A stretch of 64,000 nucleotides of DNA, from assembly GCA_038330145.1 (NCBI GenBank), contig JBBQNR010000001.1, positions 10,500 through 74,499 on the forward strand, given 5' to 3'. The stretch's first letter is position 1; each line of letters starts with the position of its first letter. Under the pieces are notes generated by a model. It was given only the letters and a program-made list of their open reading frames with translations. It was not told the DNA's origin and searched no databases. The position numbers were made by a program, and so were the translations under genes. This document shows, one piece after another, positions 47,323 to 56,349 of the stretch. This DNA is from Solirubrobacterales bacterium. Its GTDB lineage: Bacteria > Actinomycetota > Thermoleophilia > Solirubrobacterales > JBBDJG01.

Positions 47323-47501
47323 AGGTCCTACCTCCTGCCCGGCCGGAAGGTCGAGCCGTTCGGATAACGCGCGTGCTGACACTTCATACCGTGTATCGGC
47401 GACGGCACCGGGCTCCTTTACGTCACCAGCCGCGGACGAACAGCCCATCCCGGCGCGATTGCACGCCAGGCCGGGCTTTCCAGGGACTAGACTCAGCCGC
47501 C

Positions 47502-47574
47502 CGGGCGCATAGCTCAGTTGGGAGAGCGCCAGCTCGACAAGCTGGAGGTCACTGGTTCGAGCCCAGTTGCGCCC
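47502..47574 (+). tRNA. tRNA-Val (anticodon GAC), with C at position 33
   Basis: GGGCGCATAGCTCAGTTGGGAGAGCGCCAGCTCGACAAGCTGGAGGTCACTGGTTCGAGCCCAGTTGCGCCCA has all four stems perfect. The anticodon loop is TCGACAA. Confidence 0.85.
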
Positions 47575-47691
47575 ACCTTCGCCCAGTCGGCCCGGGCGCG
47601 CTACAGCGGCGCCGAGCGGCGACCGATAGAGGCTCTGTTGAGCGGTGCCGCGACGACTCATGCTGAGCCGGGCAGGGCCGAGGAACAGCGC

Positions 47692-48162
47692 GTCTTCGGT
47701 GGCCGCTTCCGCGCGCTCAGCTGCCTGAAGCAGGACGGCGAGGTCGCGACCCTGCTGGGAACCGATCTCGAGTCGGGCACAGACGTCGTGATCAAGACGG
47801 CCGTCGCCGCGGCTGTTCCGCCCGGAGTCCAGACTCGCCTCGAGCACGAGGCCGAGGTGCTGGGCAGCGTCAGCAGCCCGTACCTGACGCCGCTGATCGA
47901 GGTCGGGCGCCAGGACGGCCTGCTGTACCTGGCGCATTCGCCGCTGCACCGCGTGACGCTGATCGACTTCGGCCTCTCCCGCAGCAGCAAGCTGGCGACG
48001 CCGATCCGCGAGCTTCCCGCCGGCACGGCGCACTACATGTCGCCCGAGCGGGCCGGGCTGCTCAACCGCGAGGTCGACGAGCGAGCGGACCTCTACTCCC
48101 CCCGGACCAGGACGGCAAGTGAGGGGAGGTTCGGGGGCCGCGGCGGCGAAACCGATTCATGA
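47692..48162 (+). pseudogene. Decayed Ser/Thr protein kinase fragment
   Basis: The frame reads GRFRALSCLKQDGEVATLLGTDLESGTDVVIKTA...LEHEAEVLGSV...LLYLA|HSPLHR|VTLIDFGLSRS...GTAHYMSPERA...ERADLYS. The HRDxKxxN catalytic-loop region is missing and there is no start codon. The sequence ends shortly after subdomain IX. Confidence 0.6.
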
Positions 48163-48240
48163 ACCGCTCAAGCTTGCGGTCGCGGATGGCGAGGACAGCT
48201 CGGAGGGGCCCCCGGGAGGGGCATCGGCCAGCCGCTGCAG

Positions 48241-48300
48241 GCTCTCAGTTCTTACCGGAACTTTCGCTAGCTTATGGCGTATTGATCGTTTACATTCGAT
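48241..48300 (+). promoter_or_regulatory. AT-rich promoter-like region ahead of the polysaccharide operon
   Basis: ttaccggaactttcgctagcttatggcgtattgatcgtttacattcgat is the most AT-rich stretch for kilobases. It includes a TACATT (TAnnnT) box at 48291-48296. No convincing -35 element. Confidence 0.3.
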
Positions 48301-48975
48301 GTGGCCCGCATCCCCATGAGAAGGACGACTATTCAGGCTACGGACGGCCGCTCCTTTGGCGTGGAGCCCCCCGCCGGCTATTGGGCCGTCAAGCGGCTGC
48401 TCGACATCCTCGTTTCGGGCGTGGCCCTGCTCGTGCTCGCGATTCCGATGCTCCTGATCGCCCTGCTCGTCAAGCTCGGAGACCGCTCGGCGCCGGTCTT
48501 CTTCCACCAGCAGCGCTCAGGCGTGGGAGGCCGCCGCTTCAACCTGTACAAGTTCCGCACCATGGTCAAGAACGCGGACGAGCTCAAGGAGCAGCTGCGC
48601 TCCCACAGCGTCGTCGCCTGGCCGGACTTCAGGGTCTACGACGACCCGCGCACGACCAAGATCGGTCGCTTCCTGCGCAAGGCCAGCCTCGACGAGCTGC
48701 CGCAGCTGATGAACGTGATCAGGGGCGACATGAGCCTCGTCGGGCCGCGGCCCACCAGCTTCGACGTCAGCACATATCAGCTCTGGCACACCGGGCGGCT
48801 CGAGTTTCGGCCCGGGATCACCGGCCCCTGGCAGGTGCTCGGGCGCGATTCGATGGACTTCGACGAGCGTTGCAGGCTCGAGATCAGCTTCTTCCGCCGG
48901 CCCTCGATCTGGGCCGAGCTGAAGCTGCTGGCTGCGACACTCCCTATCGTTCTACGTAGGACCGGAACCGCATGA
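48301..48975 (+). CDS. Polyprenyl-phosphate hexose-1-phosphate transferase (bacterial sugar transferase, WbaP/ExoY C-terminal type)
   Basis: [16 protein letters not shown] helix, then [27 protein letters not shown]. Confidence 0.9.
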   Translation: MARIPMRRTTIQATDGRSFGVEPPAGYWAVKRLLDILVSGVALLVLAIPMLLIALLVKLGDRSAPVFFHQQRSGVGGRRFNLYKFRTMVKNADELKEQLRSHSVVAWPDFRVYDDPRTTKIGRFLRKASLDELPQLMNVIRGDMSLVGPRPTSFDVSTYQLWHTGRLEFRPGITGPWQVLGRDSMDFDERCRLEISFFRRPSIWAELKLLAATLPIVLRRTGTA

Positions 48976-49625
48976 GCTCACTCACCAACCTCAGCCGCTC
49001 ATTGACCACGACCGTCACGATCGCGGTCGCGACCGTGATCCTGTTCGCCGGCTTCGCCTATTCGATCGTGCGGCCGATCACGTACCAGAGCCAGGCCACG
49101 CTGGTCATGGTCCCGCAGCCGACCGATCCCAAGGACCTCGCTGGAGTGCTGGACTCGTTCCAGCGGTCGGGCACCGCCGGAACCTATGTCGAGCTGCTGG
49201 CCTCCGAGGACACACTCAAGCGGGCGGGCAACCCGCCTGTGACCGTCAAGGTCCGCTCGGTGCCCGACACCCGCGCGATCCGCCTCCTCGCCTCCGCCGA
49301 CGACCAGAACATCGTCCAGCCGGCCCTGCGGTCGCTGGTGGTGGCCGCGCAGCGCGAGCAGGACAAGCTCGTGGACATCTGGGACCTGAGAGTGCTCCAG
49401 TCGCCGACGTCTCCGGCGAAGGCGAGCACGAGCAGGAGCCTGATCCTCATGGCGACGATCCTGCTGGCATTCCTGGGCGCGCTCGCCGCCTGGACCTTGC
49501 TGCGCCGCTACGGGGTGGGTCAGCCACCGGACAGGCGCACCGCGGCCGCGGCCTCCCGGGCCGAGGCGCTGGCCGCTGCCGACTGGCTGACCAGAGAGGG
49601 CCCGCGCTACCCCACCAGCCGCTGA
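48972..49625 (+). CDS. Small polysaccharide co-polymerase (Wzz-like) candidate, two TM helices and no kinase domain
   Basis: N- and C-terminal TM helices flank a ~150-aa extracytoplasmic segment. ATGA overlap with the priming transferase gene. The assignment rests on topology and context. Confidence 0.5.
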   Translation: MSSLTNLSRSLTTTVTIAVATVILFAGFAYSIVRPITYQSQATLVMVPQPTDPKDLAGVLDSFQRSGTAGTYVELLASEDTLKRAGNPPVTVKVRSVPDTRAIRLLASADDQNIVQPALRSLVVAAQREQDKLVDIWDLRVLQSPTSPAKASTSRSLILMATILLAFLGALAAWTLLRRYGVGQPPDRRTAAAASRAEALAAADWLTREGPRYPTSR

Positions 49626-49626
49626 C

Positions 49627-51024
49627 GTGGCCGGGGGAGCGGAAACCCTCCGGTACCCCGCCGGGCGCTATCCCAACGGCGGCAACGGCAATCCCCCCGG
49701 GCCGCGCCTAGCCGCCGACCTGCTGATCCTCATCGGCGCGGTGCTGCTGGCTGCGTCGCTGCCGCTGATCGCGCTTCGCTTCCTGTCCCTGAAGCCGGGG
49801 TTGTTCCCCTTCCTGGTGGTCGGGGTCATCGGGGGCGCGTACCTGCTGCGCAATCCGCGCTGGATCGTTCCCAGCTACATCGGTCTCGTCTGGACGTCGA
49901 TCGATGCCGTCTACTTCGGCGGCCTCCCGTCGCCGATCGAGACTTCCGGAATGTTGTTGCTCGGCTTCGCCGTTTACCAGGCGGCGCTGCGCTTCGGCTA
50001 TGCCAAGGAGGTGCTGGTCGTCTGCGCCTTCCTCGTGCTGCCGCTGCTGGCCGCCGGCCTCGTGAGCCCCGACGGGATGGAGGTGCCGGTCCCGCAGCTC
50101 AAGAACATCGCCTTCCTGTTCATCGTGGCTCTGATCGTTCGCAGCATCGAGGACGTCGACCACGCCGCGATCACCCTTGCTTGCGTGGGCGTCTTCCTGG
50201 GCGCCGGCTCGATCTTCTCCGTCTTCGTGCATCCGACGCCGCTGTTCCCGCTGAAGGCGAATGACATCCCCTTCATTCCCATAACCCCGCGGGCGGCCGG
50301 GCCCGTCGGCGACCCCAACTTCTTCGCGCTCGTGATGGCCTCGCTGGTGCCGTTCGGCATGTACCTGATCGCGCGCGGGGCCAGGCGGCAGCTGCTCGGC
50401 ATCCTCTCGGTCCTGGTCGTCCTGGGCGGTGTCTTCGCCACCGGCTCGCGCGGCGGCATGATCGCCTCCGGCGCTGCCATCGTCGGCGCGGGGCTGATCA
50501 TGCCGGTCTTCCGCATCCGCGTCGCGGCGGCCACGGTCGTGATCGGAGCCATCATCGCGCTACCGCTGTTCGCGGCGCAGACTCAGGACGCCAACGCGCG
50601 CTCGGTCGAGGGCCGTTTGACCGAGAACCTGGTCGCGGTGGCGATGTTCGCCGATTACCCGGTGACCGGCGTGGGTCCGGGAATGTTCCCCGATCACTAC
50701 CGTGACTACAGCCGCAACATCGGCAACGACCCGCGCACGGAGCGCGAGGCGCACAGCCTGCCGCTTGAGGTTGCGGCCGAGCAGGGCCTGGCCGGCTTGA
50801 TCGGCTTCACGCTCGCCTTCCTGACCGTGTTCCGGTTCGCCTACGCTCGCGGGGTCTGGAGGCTGCTGATCGGCAGAACGGTGACGCTTTCGATCGTCAC
50901 CTACATGATCGCCAGTCTCTTCCTGCACGGAAGCGAGATCCGCCTGCTGTGGGTGCTGCTGGGAATGCTGCTCGGGCTCGGCTGGGCCGCCAAGGAGAAG
51001 CCGCCCAGGACGTTGCTCGGTTGA
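49627..51024 (+). CDS. O-antigen ligase/polymerase family membrane protein (Wzy-like)
   Basis: About 10-12 TM segments, and a TGSRGG motif followed by a large loop. Confidence 0.75.
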   Translation: MAGGAETLRYPAGRYPNGGNGNPPGPRLAADLLILIGAVLLAASLPLIALRFLSLKPGLFPFLVVGVIGGAYLLRNPRWIVPSYIGLVWTSIDAVYFGGLPSPIETSGMLLLGFAVYQAALRFGYAKEVLVVCAFLVLPLLAAGLVSPDGMEVPVPQLKNIAFLFIVALIVRSIEDVDHAAITLACVGVFLGAGSIFSVFVHPTPLFPLKANDIPFIPITPRAAGPVGDPNFFALVMASLVPFGMYLIARGARRQLLGILSVLVVLGGVFATGSRGGMIASGAAIVGAGLIMPVFRIRVAAATVVIGAIIALPLFAAQTQDANARSVEGRLTENLVAVAMFADYPVTGVGPGMFPDHYRDYSRNIGNDPRTEREAHSLPLEVAAEQGLAGLIGFTLAFLTVFRFAYARGVWRLLIGRTVTLSIVTYMIASLFLHGSEIRLLWVLLGMLLGLGWAAKEKPPRTLLG

Positions 51025-52106
51025 GCGCCCGGGCTGCCTGCTTCTGGGCCAGCGCCGCCGGCGCAGGCTGGGTGCTGGTCGGCTACCCGCTGGCGCTGAT
51101 GCTGCTCCCGGAGCGCCGCTGGTCGCAGGGCGACGGCGACCCGGCGGTGTCGATCCTGATCCCCGCCTACCGTGAGCGCGAGGCGCTGCGCGACAAGCTG
51201 CGCGCGCTGTCGGAGCTCGACTACCCGGCTGATCGGCTGCAGGTCATCGTCACCGTCGACGAGGACGAGGAGCTGGCCCGGATAGCGCGCGACGCGCGGC
51301 CCGACGCGACGGTGCTGTTCTCCGCCGAGCGAGCCGGCAAGGCGGCCGCCCTCAGCCGCGGCCTCGAGGCCGCCAGCGGCGACATCGTGTTGATGACCGA
51401 CGCGAACAACCTGCTCGACAGCGGCAGCGTGCGCGCCGCGGTGCGCCACTTCGCCGAGCCCGAGGTGGCCGCGGTCGCCGGGCGCAGGGGAGAGCGCGAC
51501 AGCGCCTACGATCGCTACGAGCACATGATCCGCACGCTCGAGAGCCGTTCCGGGAGCGTGGCGGCGATGTCGGGCGAGTTCATGGCGGTTCGCAAGGAGC
51601 AGTTGCCGGCCTTCCCGGAGCACGTCGTCAACGACGACTTCTGGCTGCTGTGTCACCTCGTGCGCCACGGTGGCCGTGTCGTCTACGAACCGGCGGCTTC
51701 TTCGCGTGAGGACGCCGTCCCGGTCGCGGGTGAGGTGGCGCGACGAACGCGCATGAGCGCGGGCCGCGTGATGGCGCTGTCCGAGCTGCGCGACCTGCCG
51801 CCCGGCTTCGCCTGGCGCGCGCTGTCGCACAAGTACGGGCGGTTGGCGCTTCCCTTCCTGCTGCTGGGCGCCCTGCTGGCCTCGCTGTCGCTGTCGCAGC
51901 GCCGCGGCTATCGCGCGCTGGCCGGCGCTCAGGTTGCGCTCTATGCGTCCGGTGCGCTGGCGGTCAGCGTCAGGGTCCCGCCCGGCCGTGCCGGCAGGCT
52001 GGCGCGAGCGGCGGGCCAGTTCACGCTCGGCAACGCCGCGGTCGGGCTAGGAGTCGTGCGCGGGCTGCGCGGGCGCCAGAGCGTTCACTGGGACCCCGTG
52101 CGCTGA
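51021..52106 (+). CDS. Glycosyltransferase family 2 with C-terminal TM helices
   Basis: VSILIPAYRE, a TDAN (DxD-like) motif, and a QxxRW-like region (RRTRMSAGRV). TTGA overlap with the Wzy-like gene. Confidence 0.85.
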   Translation: MSARAACFWASAAGAGWVLVGYPLALMLLPERRWSQGDGDPAVSILIPAYREREALRDKLRALSELDYPADRLQVIVTVDEDEELARIARDARPDATVLFSAERAGKAAALSRGLEAASGDIVLMTDANNLLDSGSVRAAVRHFAEPEVAAVAGRRGERDSAYDRYEHMIRTLESRSGSVAAMSGEFMAVRKEQLPAFPEHVVNDDFWLLCHLVRHGGRVVYEPAASSREDAVPVAGEVARRTRMSAGRVMALSELRDLPPGFAWRALSHKYGRLALPFLLLGALLASLSLSQRRGYRALAGAQVALYASGALAVSVRVPPGRAGRLARAAGQFTLGNAAVGLGVVRGLRGRQSVHWDPVR

Positions 52107-53287
52107 GTTTCGGCCGGGGCGTCCTGCTGGGGCGCGGAGTCGGTGTCGCGTCCCGTGATGAAATCGGCCAGGCGACGGCACTCGGCTTCCATCGTGTAAC
52201 GGCGGACGTGCCTTTGGCCGGCATCCACCATGCGCTCGCGCAGCGTCCCGTCCTGGGCCAGGCGCGAGAGCGAGTCGACGGCGGCGCCCACGTCGCCAGG
52301 CTCGATCAGCAGCGCGCTGTCGCCGATCGCCTCGGCGACGCCGCCGACGGAGGTCGCGACCACCGGCAGCGCGGCGGCCATCGCCTCCAACAGCACCTGC
52401 GGCAGGCCTTCGGTCCAGGAGACGTGCAGGAAGAAGTGCCCGGCGCGGTAGACCTCGACGAGCCCGTCGTCGATCGGCACGTGGCCCTTCAGCTCGACCA
52501 CCGACGCGACGTCGAGCTCGGCGAGGCGGCGCTCCAGGTCCTCCTCCAGCGGCCCGTCGCCGCAGACCACCAGCCTCCAGCGCGGGTCGCGCTCGTGCAG
52601 GCGGGCAATCACCTCCGCCAGCATGAGCGGGTTCTTCTCCGGGTCCAGCCGGCCGACGCTGACGATCCGCAGCTCGCCGTCGTAGGAGCGGTCGAGCTGG
52701 CCCGGATCGACGATGTCGTGGTCGCGCACGAGCGAGACCGAGATCTCGAGCAGCCGAGGCGCGGCGGCGTAGTTGCGCGCGAGCTGGGGTCCGACGACGA
52801 CGATCGGGAGCCTGCGGGCGAGCAGCCGGTAGGCGTGCTCCAGCAGGTCGCCCGCGAGGTGGATCCAGCGCTTTCCGGGCCGGCGGTTGCGAATGTACTG
52901 CGGCATGTCCTGGCGCACGCCGAGCACCACGCGCTTGCGTCTGAGGAGCGCCAGCAGCACATATGCGAGCGAGAGCGGATACGGGCCCAGCAGCCAGACG
53001 GCGTCGACGTCGCGCAGCGTTCGCCAGTAGACGCGCAGCGAGCCGGCGAAGGTGCCTGCCGCCTGCAGCGGGTTGGACGCGTCGGCATGGTAGGGCAACG
53101 GCACGAAGTCGATCTCGTCGGCGAGCCGATAGTGCGAGCGGTGGGGCTCGGGGCTGAGGCGGCCGAGCACGATCAGGCTGTCGAGCGAGCGCGCGAGCTG
53201 GCCCAGGAAGACGACGAACGCGCGCGCCGCGTAGATCGAGTCGCCGTGGCGCCAGTAGGCCTGGTCGGTGTGGACGGCGACGCGCAT
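52085..53287 (-). CDS. Glycosyltransferase family 4 (GT-B)
   Basis: A 400-aa frame from ATG 53287 contains GRLDPEKN...EGLPQVLLEAMAAALPVVATSVGG (EX7E motif). The rest of track ORF 52085..54598 is an antisense shadow. Confidence 0.85.
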   Translation of the reverse strand: MRVAVHTDQAYWRHGDSIYAARAFVVFLGQLARSLDSLIVLGRLSPEPHRSHYRLADEIDFVPLPYHADASNPLQAAGTFAGSLRVYWRTLRDVDAVWLLGPYPLSLAYVLLALLRRKRVVLGVRQDMPQYIRNRRPGKRWIHLAGDLLEHAYRLLARRLPIVVVGPQLARNYAAAPRLLEISVSLVRDHDIVDPGQLDRSYDGELRIVSVGRLDPEKNPLMLAEVIARLHERDPRWRLVVCGDGPLEEDLERRLAELDVASVVELKGHVPIDDGLVEVYRAGHFFLHVSWTEGLPQVLLEAMAAALPVVATSVGGVAEAIGDSALLIEPGDVGAAVDSLSRLAQDGTLRERMVDAGQRHVRRYTMEAECRRLADFITGRDTDSAPQQDAPAETQRTGSQ

Positions 53288-53332
53288 GCGCCGGCCAATG
53301 ATATGCCTGCGCCGTCCCGTACCATCGAATCG

Positions 53333-54517
53333 ATGACCGCGAGCCCGAGTCGCCCGATACGGGTTCACGCGCTGATCTCGTCGCTGACCTGGGGCGGTGC
53401 GGAGATGCTGCTGGCGGAGTTCGCGGCCGGCGCGCCCTCCGCCGGAATCGAGCTGTCGGTCGGCTTTCTCGAGGACCGCGACGGCAGCCCGGCGGCCGGC
53501 CGGCTGAGAGAGCGCGGGGTGGAGCCGGTGCTGGCGGCGATCAAGGGGCCGATGCCGCTGCTCAACCGGTCCGACCACCAAACCGTGCGGCGGCACCTGG
53601 CAGACGTACGGCCCGACATCCTGCACACGCACCTCGGCTACGCGGACATGCTCGGCGGCCTGGCTGCGCGCTCGCTGGGGATCCCGGCCATCTCCACCAT
53701 CCACATAATGGAGTGGCGGCGCGACCTGCGCGACACGCGCAACTTCGCAAAGGAGCGCCTGATGAGCCTCGTGAGACGGCGATACATCAAGACGGTCGTG
53801 GCGGTGTCCGACGCGGCGCGCCGTGCGTATCTCGACACCGGCTGGGACACCGAGAAGCGCGTCGTCACCGTTCACAACGGCATCGTCGCCGAGCCGAGAC
53901 CGGGCGCGGGGCGAGCGGTGCGGGAGCAACTCGGGTTGGCGCCCGACGACACGGTTGCGGTGATGCTGACGGTGCTGCGCCGGGGCAAGGGGCACGACGT
54001 CGCCACCGCCGCTGTCGCATCGCTGCGCGAGCGTTTCCCGAAGCTGAGCCTCGTGATCGCCGGCGACGGGCCCGACAGGGCCGAGATCGAGCGGCTGGCG
54101 GGGCCGCTGGGAGACGCCGCCGTGATGGCGGGTCACCGCGACGACGTGATGGCGCTCCTGGACGCCGCCGACATTCTGTTGCACCCGACGTACGTCGACG
54201 CCTTTCCGACCGCGCTGCTGGAGGCGATGGCGGTCGGCCTGCCGATCGTGGCAAGCGCGGTGGGGGGGATCCCCGAGATCGTCGACCCCGGTCGCACCGG
54301 TCTGCTGGTCGACGCGCCGCCGCAGGCCGGCCAGGTGGCCGATAGTCTCGCCCGCCTGCTCGAAGACGGCGAGCTTCGCTCCCGCCTCGGTGCAGCCGGC
54401 CGCGAGCGCTTCGAGCGCGAGTTCACCGCCGAGGCCTGGGCCGCCCGCATGCGCGGCGTTTACGAGGCGGCGATGACCCCAAACGGTGGCCCGCGCCCGC
54501 CGGTACACAATCCCTGA
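53333..54517 (+). CDS. Glycosyltransferase family 4 (GT-B)
   Basis: A 394-aa frame from ATG 53333 contains LTWGGAEM, RRGKGHD and DAFPTALLEAMAVGLPIVASAVGGIPEIV. It lies divergent from the previous GT4 gene across a 45-bp gap. Confidence 0.9.
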   Translation: MTASPSRPIRVHALISSLTWGGAEMLLAEFAAGAPSAGIELSVGFLEDRDGSPAAGRLRERGVEPVLAAIKGPMPLLNRSDHQTVRRHLADVRPDILHTHLGYADMLGGLAARSLGIPAISTIHIMEWRRDLRDTRNFAKERLMSLVRRRYIKTVVAVSDAARRAYLDTGWDTEKRVVTVHNGIVAEPRPGAGRAVREQLGLAPDDTVAVMLTVLRRGKGHDVATAAVASLRERFPKLSLVIAGDGPDRAEIERLAGPLGDAAVMAGHRDDVMALLDAADILLHPTYVDAFPTALLEAMAVGLPIVASAVGGIPEIVDPGRTGLLVDAPPQAGQVADSLARLLEDGELRSRLGAAGRERFEREFTAEAWAARMRGVYEAAMTPNGGPRPPVHNP

Positions 54518-54554
54518 CCCCGGCCGAGAATAAGGAGATGAGAAGCACGGGACC

Positions 54555-56039
54555 ATGGCTTCGAGCCGCAGCCTAGGCACCCGCACGCTCCGGGGCATGT
54601 TCTGGGCCTACGGGTCCTACGTCGGCGGACGCCTGCTGACGCTGCTGGCGACGGCGATCCTGGCGCGACTGCTGACGCCACGCGAGTTCGGCCTCGTCGC
54701 GCTGGCGATCCTGTTCATGTTCCTGCTCGAGACGCTGGCCGACCTGGGCGTCTCGCAGGCGCTGGTGATCGTGAAGGAGGAGGATGAGCTCGAGCACGCC
54801 GAGACGGTGTTCGTGTGGAGCATCGCCCTGGGAGCGGCGTTCTCGATCATCACCGCGGCGGCGAGCCCGTTGGCGGCTTCCTTCTTCGACCAGCCGGGCC
54901 TGACCGCGCTGCTTGCGGTGCTGGGACTGCGGTTCTTCATCCGTTCGATCGGGGCCACCCACTTCACGCTGGCCCAGAAGCGAATCGACTTCCGCCCACG
55001 TACCGCCGCGCAGCTGTCGGACGTGACCCTGCGCGGCCTGACCGCGATCGGCTTCGCGATCGCGGGCTTCGGGGCCTGGAGCCTGGTGCTCGGCTACATC
55101 GTGGGCAGCGTCGCGTCGACGGTGGTGCTCTGGGTGATGGTGAAGTGGCGCCCGCGCCTGAAGCCACAACGAGCTCACCTGCCCCAGCTGCTGCGCTTCG
55201 GCGGAACGCTGACCGGCCTCAACCTGTTGACCGCGATGGAGACGAATCTCGACTTCATCTTCATCGGTCGCTTTCTGACCGCCAGCGACCTGGGCCTCTA
55301 CTCGCTCGGGTTCCGGCTGCCGGAGCTTCTGATCCTCAACCTCTCGGTGGTCGCCGGCCAGGTGCTTTTCCCGGCCTTCGCATCGATCGAGCGCGAGGAC
55401 CTGAGCAGGGCGTTCAGGGTTTCGCTGCGTTACACGCTGATGATCGCGCTGCCGATGGCCGCCGGGCTTGCTGTGCTCGCGCACCCGTTCATCCTTGCCC
55501 TGTTCGGCGACCAGTGGGAGGGCTCCGTTCCCGCGATGCGGGTATTGACGCTCTACGCGCTGGCAGTCGCGATCTCGATTCCCGGGGGCACCATCTTCAA
55601 GGCGATGGGCCGTGCCGGCATCCTGCTCGTCATCGGCATGCCCGAGGCGATCCTGCTGTTCGCCGCGATCTGGACCTTCGTGGACCACGGCATCGTTGCG
55701 GTCGCGGCCTGCATGGCCGGCGTGATGGGGGCGGTGGCGCTGATAAACACGGGGCTGGCCATGGGGAAGCTGGGCGTCGGGCCGAGCGCGGTCTGGAGGC
55801 TGCTCTGGCCACCGCTGCTGGCGACGGCGGGCATGGCGGCGGTGCTGTTTCCGATCGAACGCGCGATCGACTCGCCCTGGCCGGCCCTCCTGATCGGCGG
55901 CGTCGCGGGCGGCCTGACCTATCTCGGGCTGCTGTGGCTGTTCGCTCGCGACGCGCTGATCAGGCTGCGCGACATCGCGCGCGGGCAGAACGGCGGACGT
56001 GGAGACGAAGGCACGCCGGGCACCGACGCGGTGGCCTGA
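54555..56039 (+). CDS. Polysaccharide flippase (Wzx / MOP superfamily)
   Basis: About 12-14 TM segments and an N-terminal RGMFWAYGSYVGGRLLTLLATAILARLL pattern typical of Wzx-like exporters. Confidence 0.85.
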   Translation: MASSRSLGTRTLRGMFWAYGSYVGGRLLTLLATAILARLLTPREFGLVALAILFMFLLETLADLGVSQALVIVKEEDELEHAETVFVWSIALGAAFSIITAAASPLAASFFDQPGLTALLAVLGLRFFIRSIGATHFTLAQKRIDFRPRTAAQLSDVTLRGLTAIGFAIAGFGAWSLVLGYIVGSVASTVVLWVMVKWRPRLKPQRAHLPQLLRFGGTLTGLNLLTAMETNLDFIFIGRFLTASDLGLYSLGFRLPELLILNLSVVAGQVLFPAFASIEREDLSRAFRVSLRYTLMIALPMAAGLAVLAHPFILALFGDQWEGSVPAMRVLTLYALAVAISIPGGTIFKAMGRAGILLVIGMPEAILLFAAIWTFVDHGIVAVAACMAGVMGAVALINTGLAMGKLGVGPSAVWRLLWPPLLATAGMAAVLFPIERAIDSPWPALLIGGVAGGLTYLGLLWLFARDALIRLRDIARGQNGGRGDEGTPGTDAVA

Positions 56040-56209
56040 TTCTTCGCCGCGTGGCGGGTCCGCAGGCGGGTGAGGCGATTTCAGTAGACAAGCGTTGGAC
56101 GCGCTACGCAGCCGGTCTCGGCGGTGAATTGGACGTCCGTTGGACGGTGGCAAAGATCACCCTTGAGTGGGCGCATGGGGAGTCGATGTAATTCACGGAT
56201 CGCAAATAG

Positions 56210-56310
56210 CTGCCTCCCGATAAAGGCAAACCCGTCGTAAGGCGGGGACGCAAAGCCAACGGGGCCCCCGCGAAGCATTTGCCAAGGGGTCGGCCGGGTT
56301 GCCGAAGGAA
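56210..56310 (+). promoter_or_regulatory. c-di-GMP-I (GEMM-I) riboswitch candidate
   Basis: aaaGGCAAACC-cgtc-GUAA-ggcg-GGGACGCAAAGCCaacgggg...GCCGGGUUGCCGAAGG parallels V. cholerae Vc2 GGGCAAACC-cauuc-GAAA-gagug-GGACGCAAAGCCuccgg...GCGGGGUUACCGAUGG. The GNRA-capped first hairpin is included. It lies 40 nt upstream of ATG 56350. Confidence 0.7.
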
Positions 56311-56349
56311 AAAGGCGCGGGTGGTAGCGGACCCAAGGAAGGGGAACCT

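Noticed and set aside
47323-48033. 5' extension of the 834-aa minus-strand ORF 45529..48033
   Set aside because: The extension runs through the tRNA-Val gene and the kinase fragment. A GTG with GGAGG at 47322 followed by a signal peptide gives a sensible 597-aa protein.
52085-54598. Mirror-image giant ORFs (837 aa minus strand, 769 aa plus strand, 52208..54517) covering the same DNA
   Set aside because: Only the 3' 400 codons of the minus ORF and the 3' 394 codons of the plus ORF carry GT4 motifs and start at good ATGs (53287 and 53333). The remaining halves are each other's antisense shadows.
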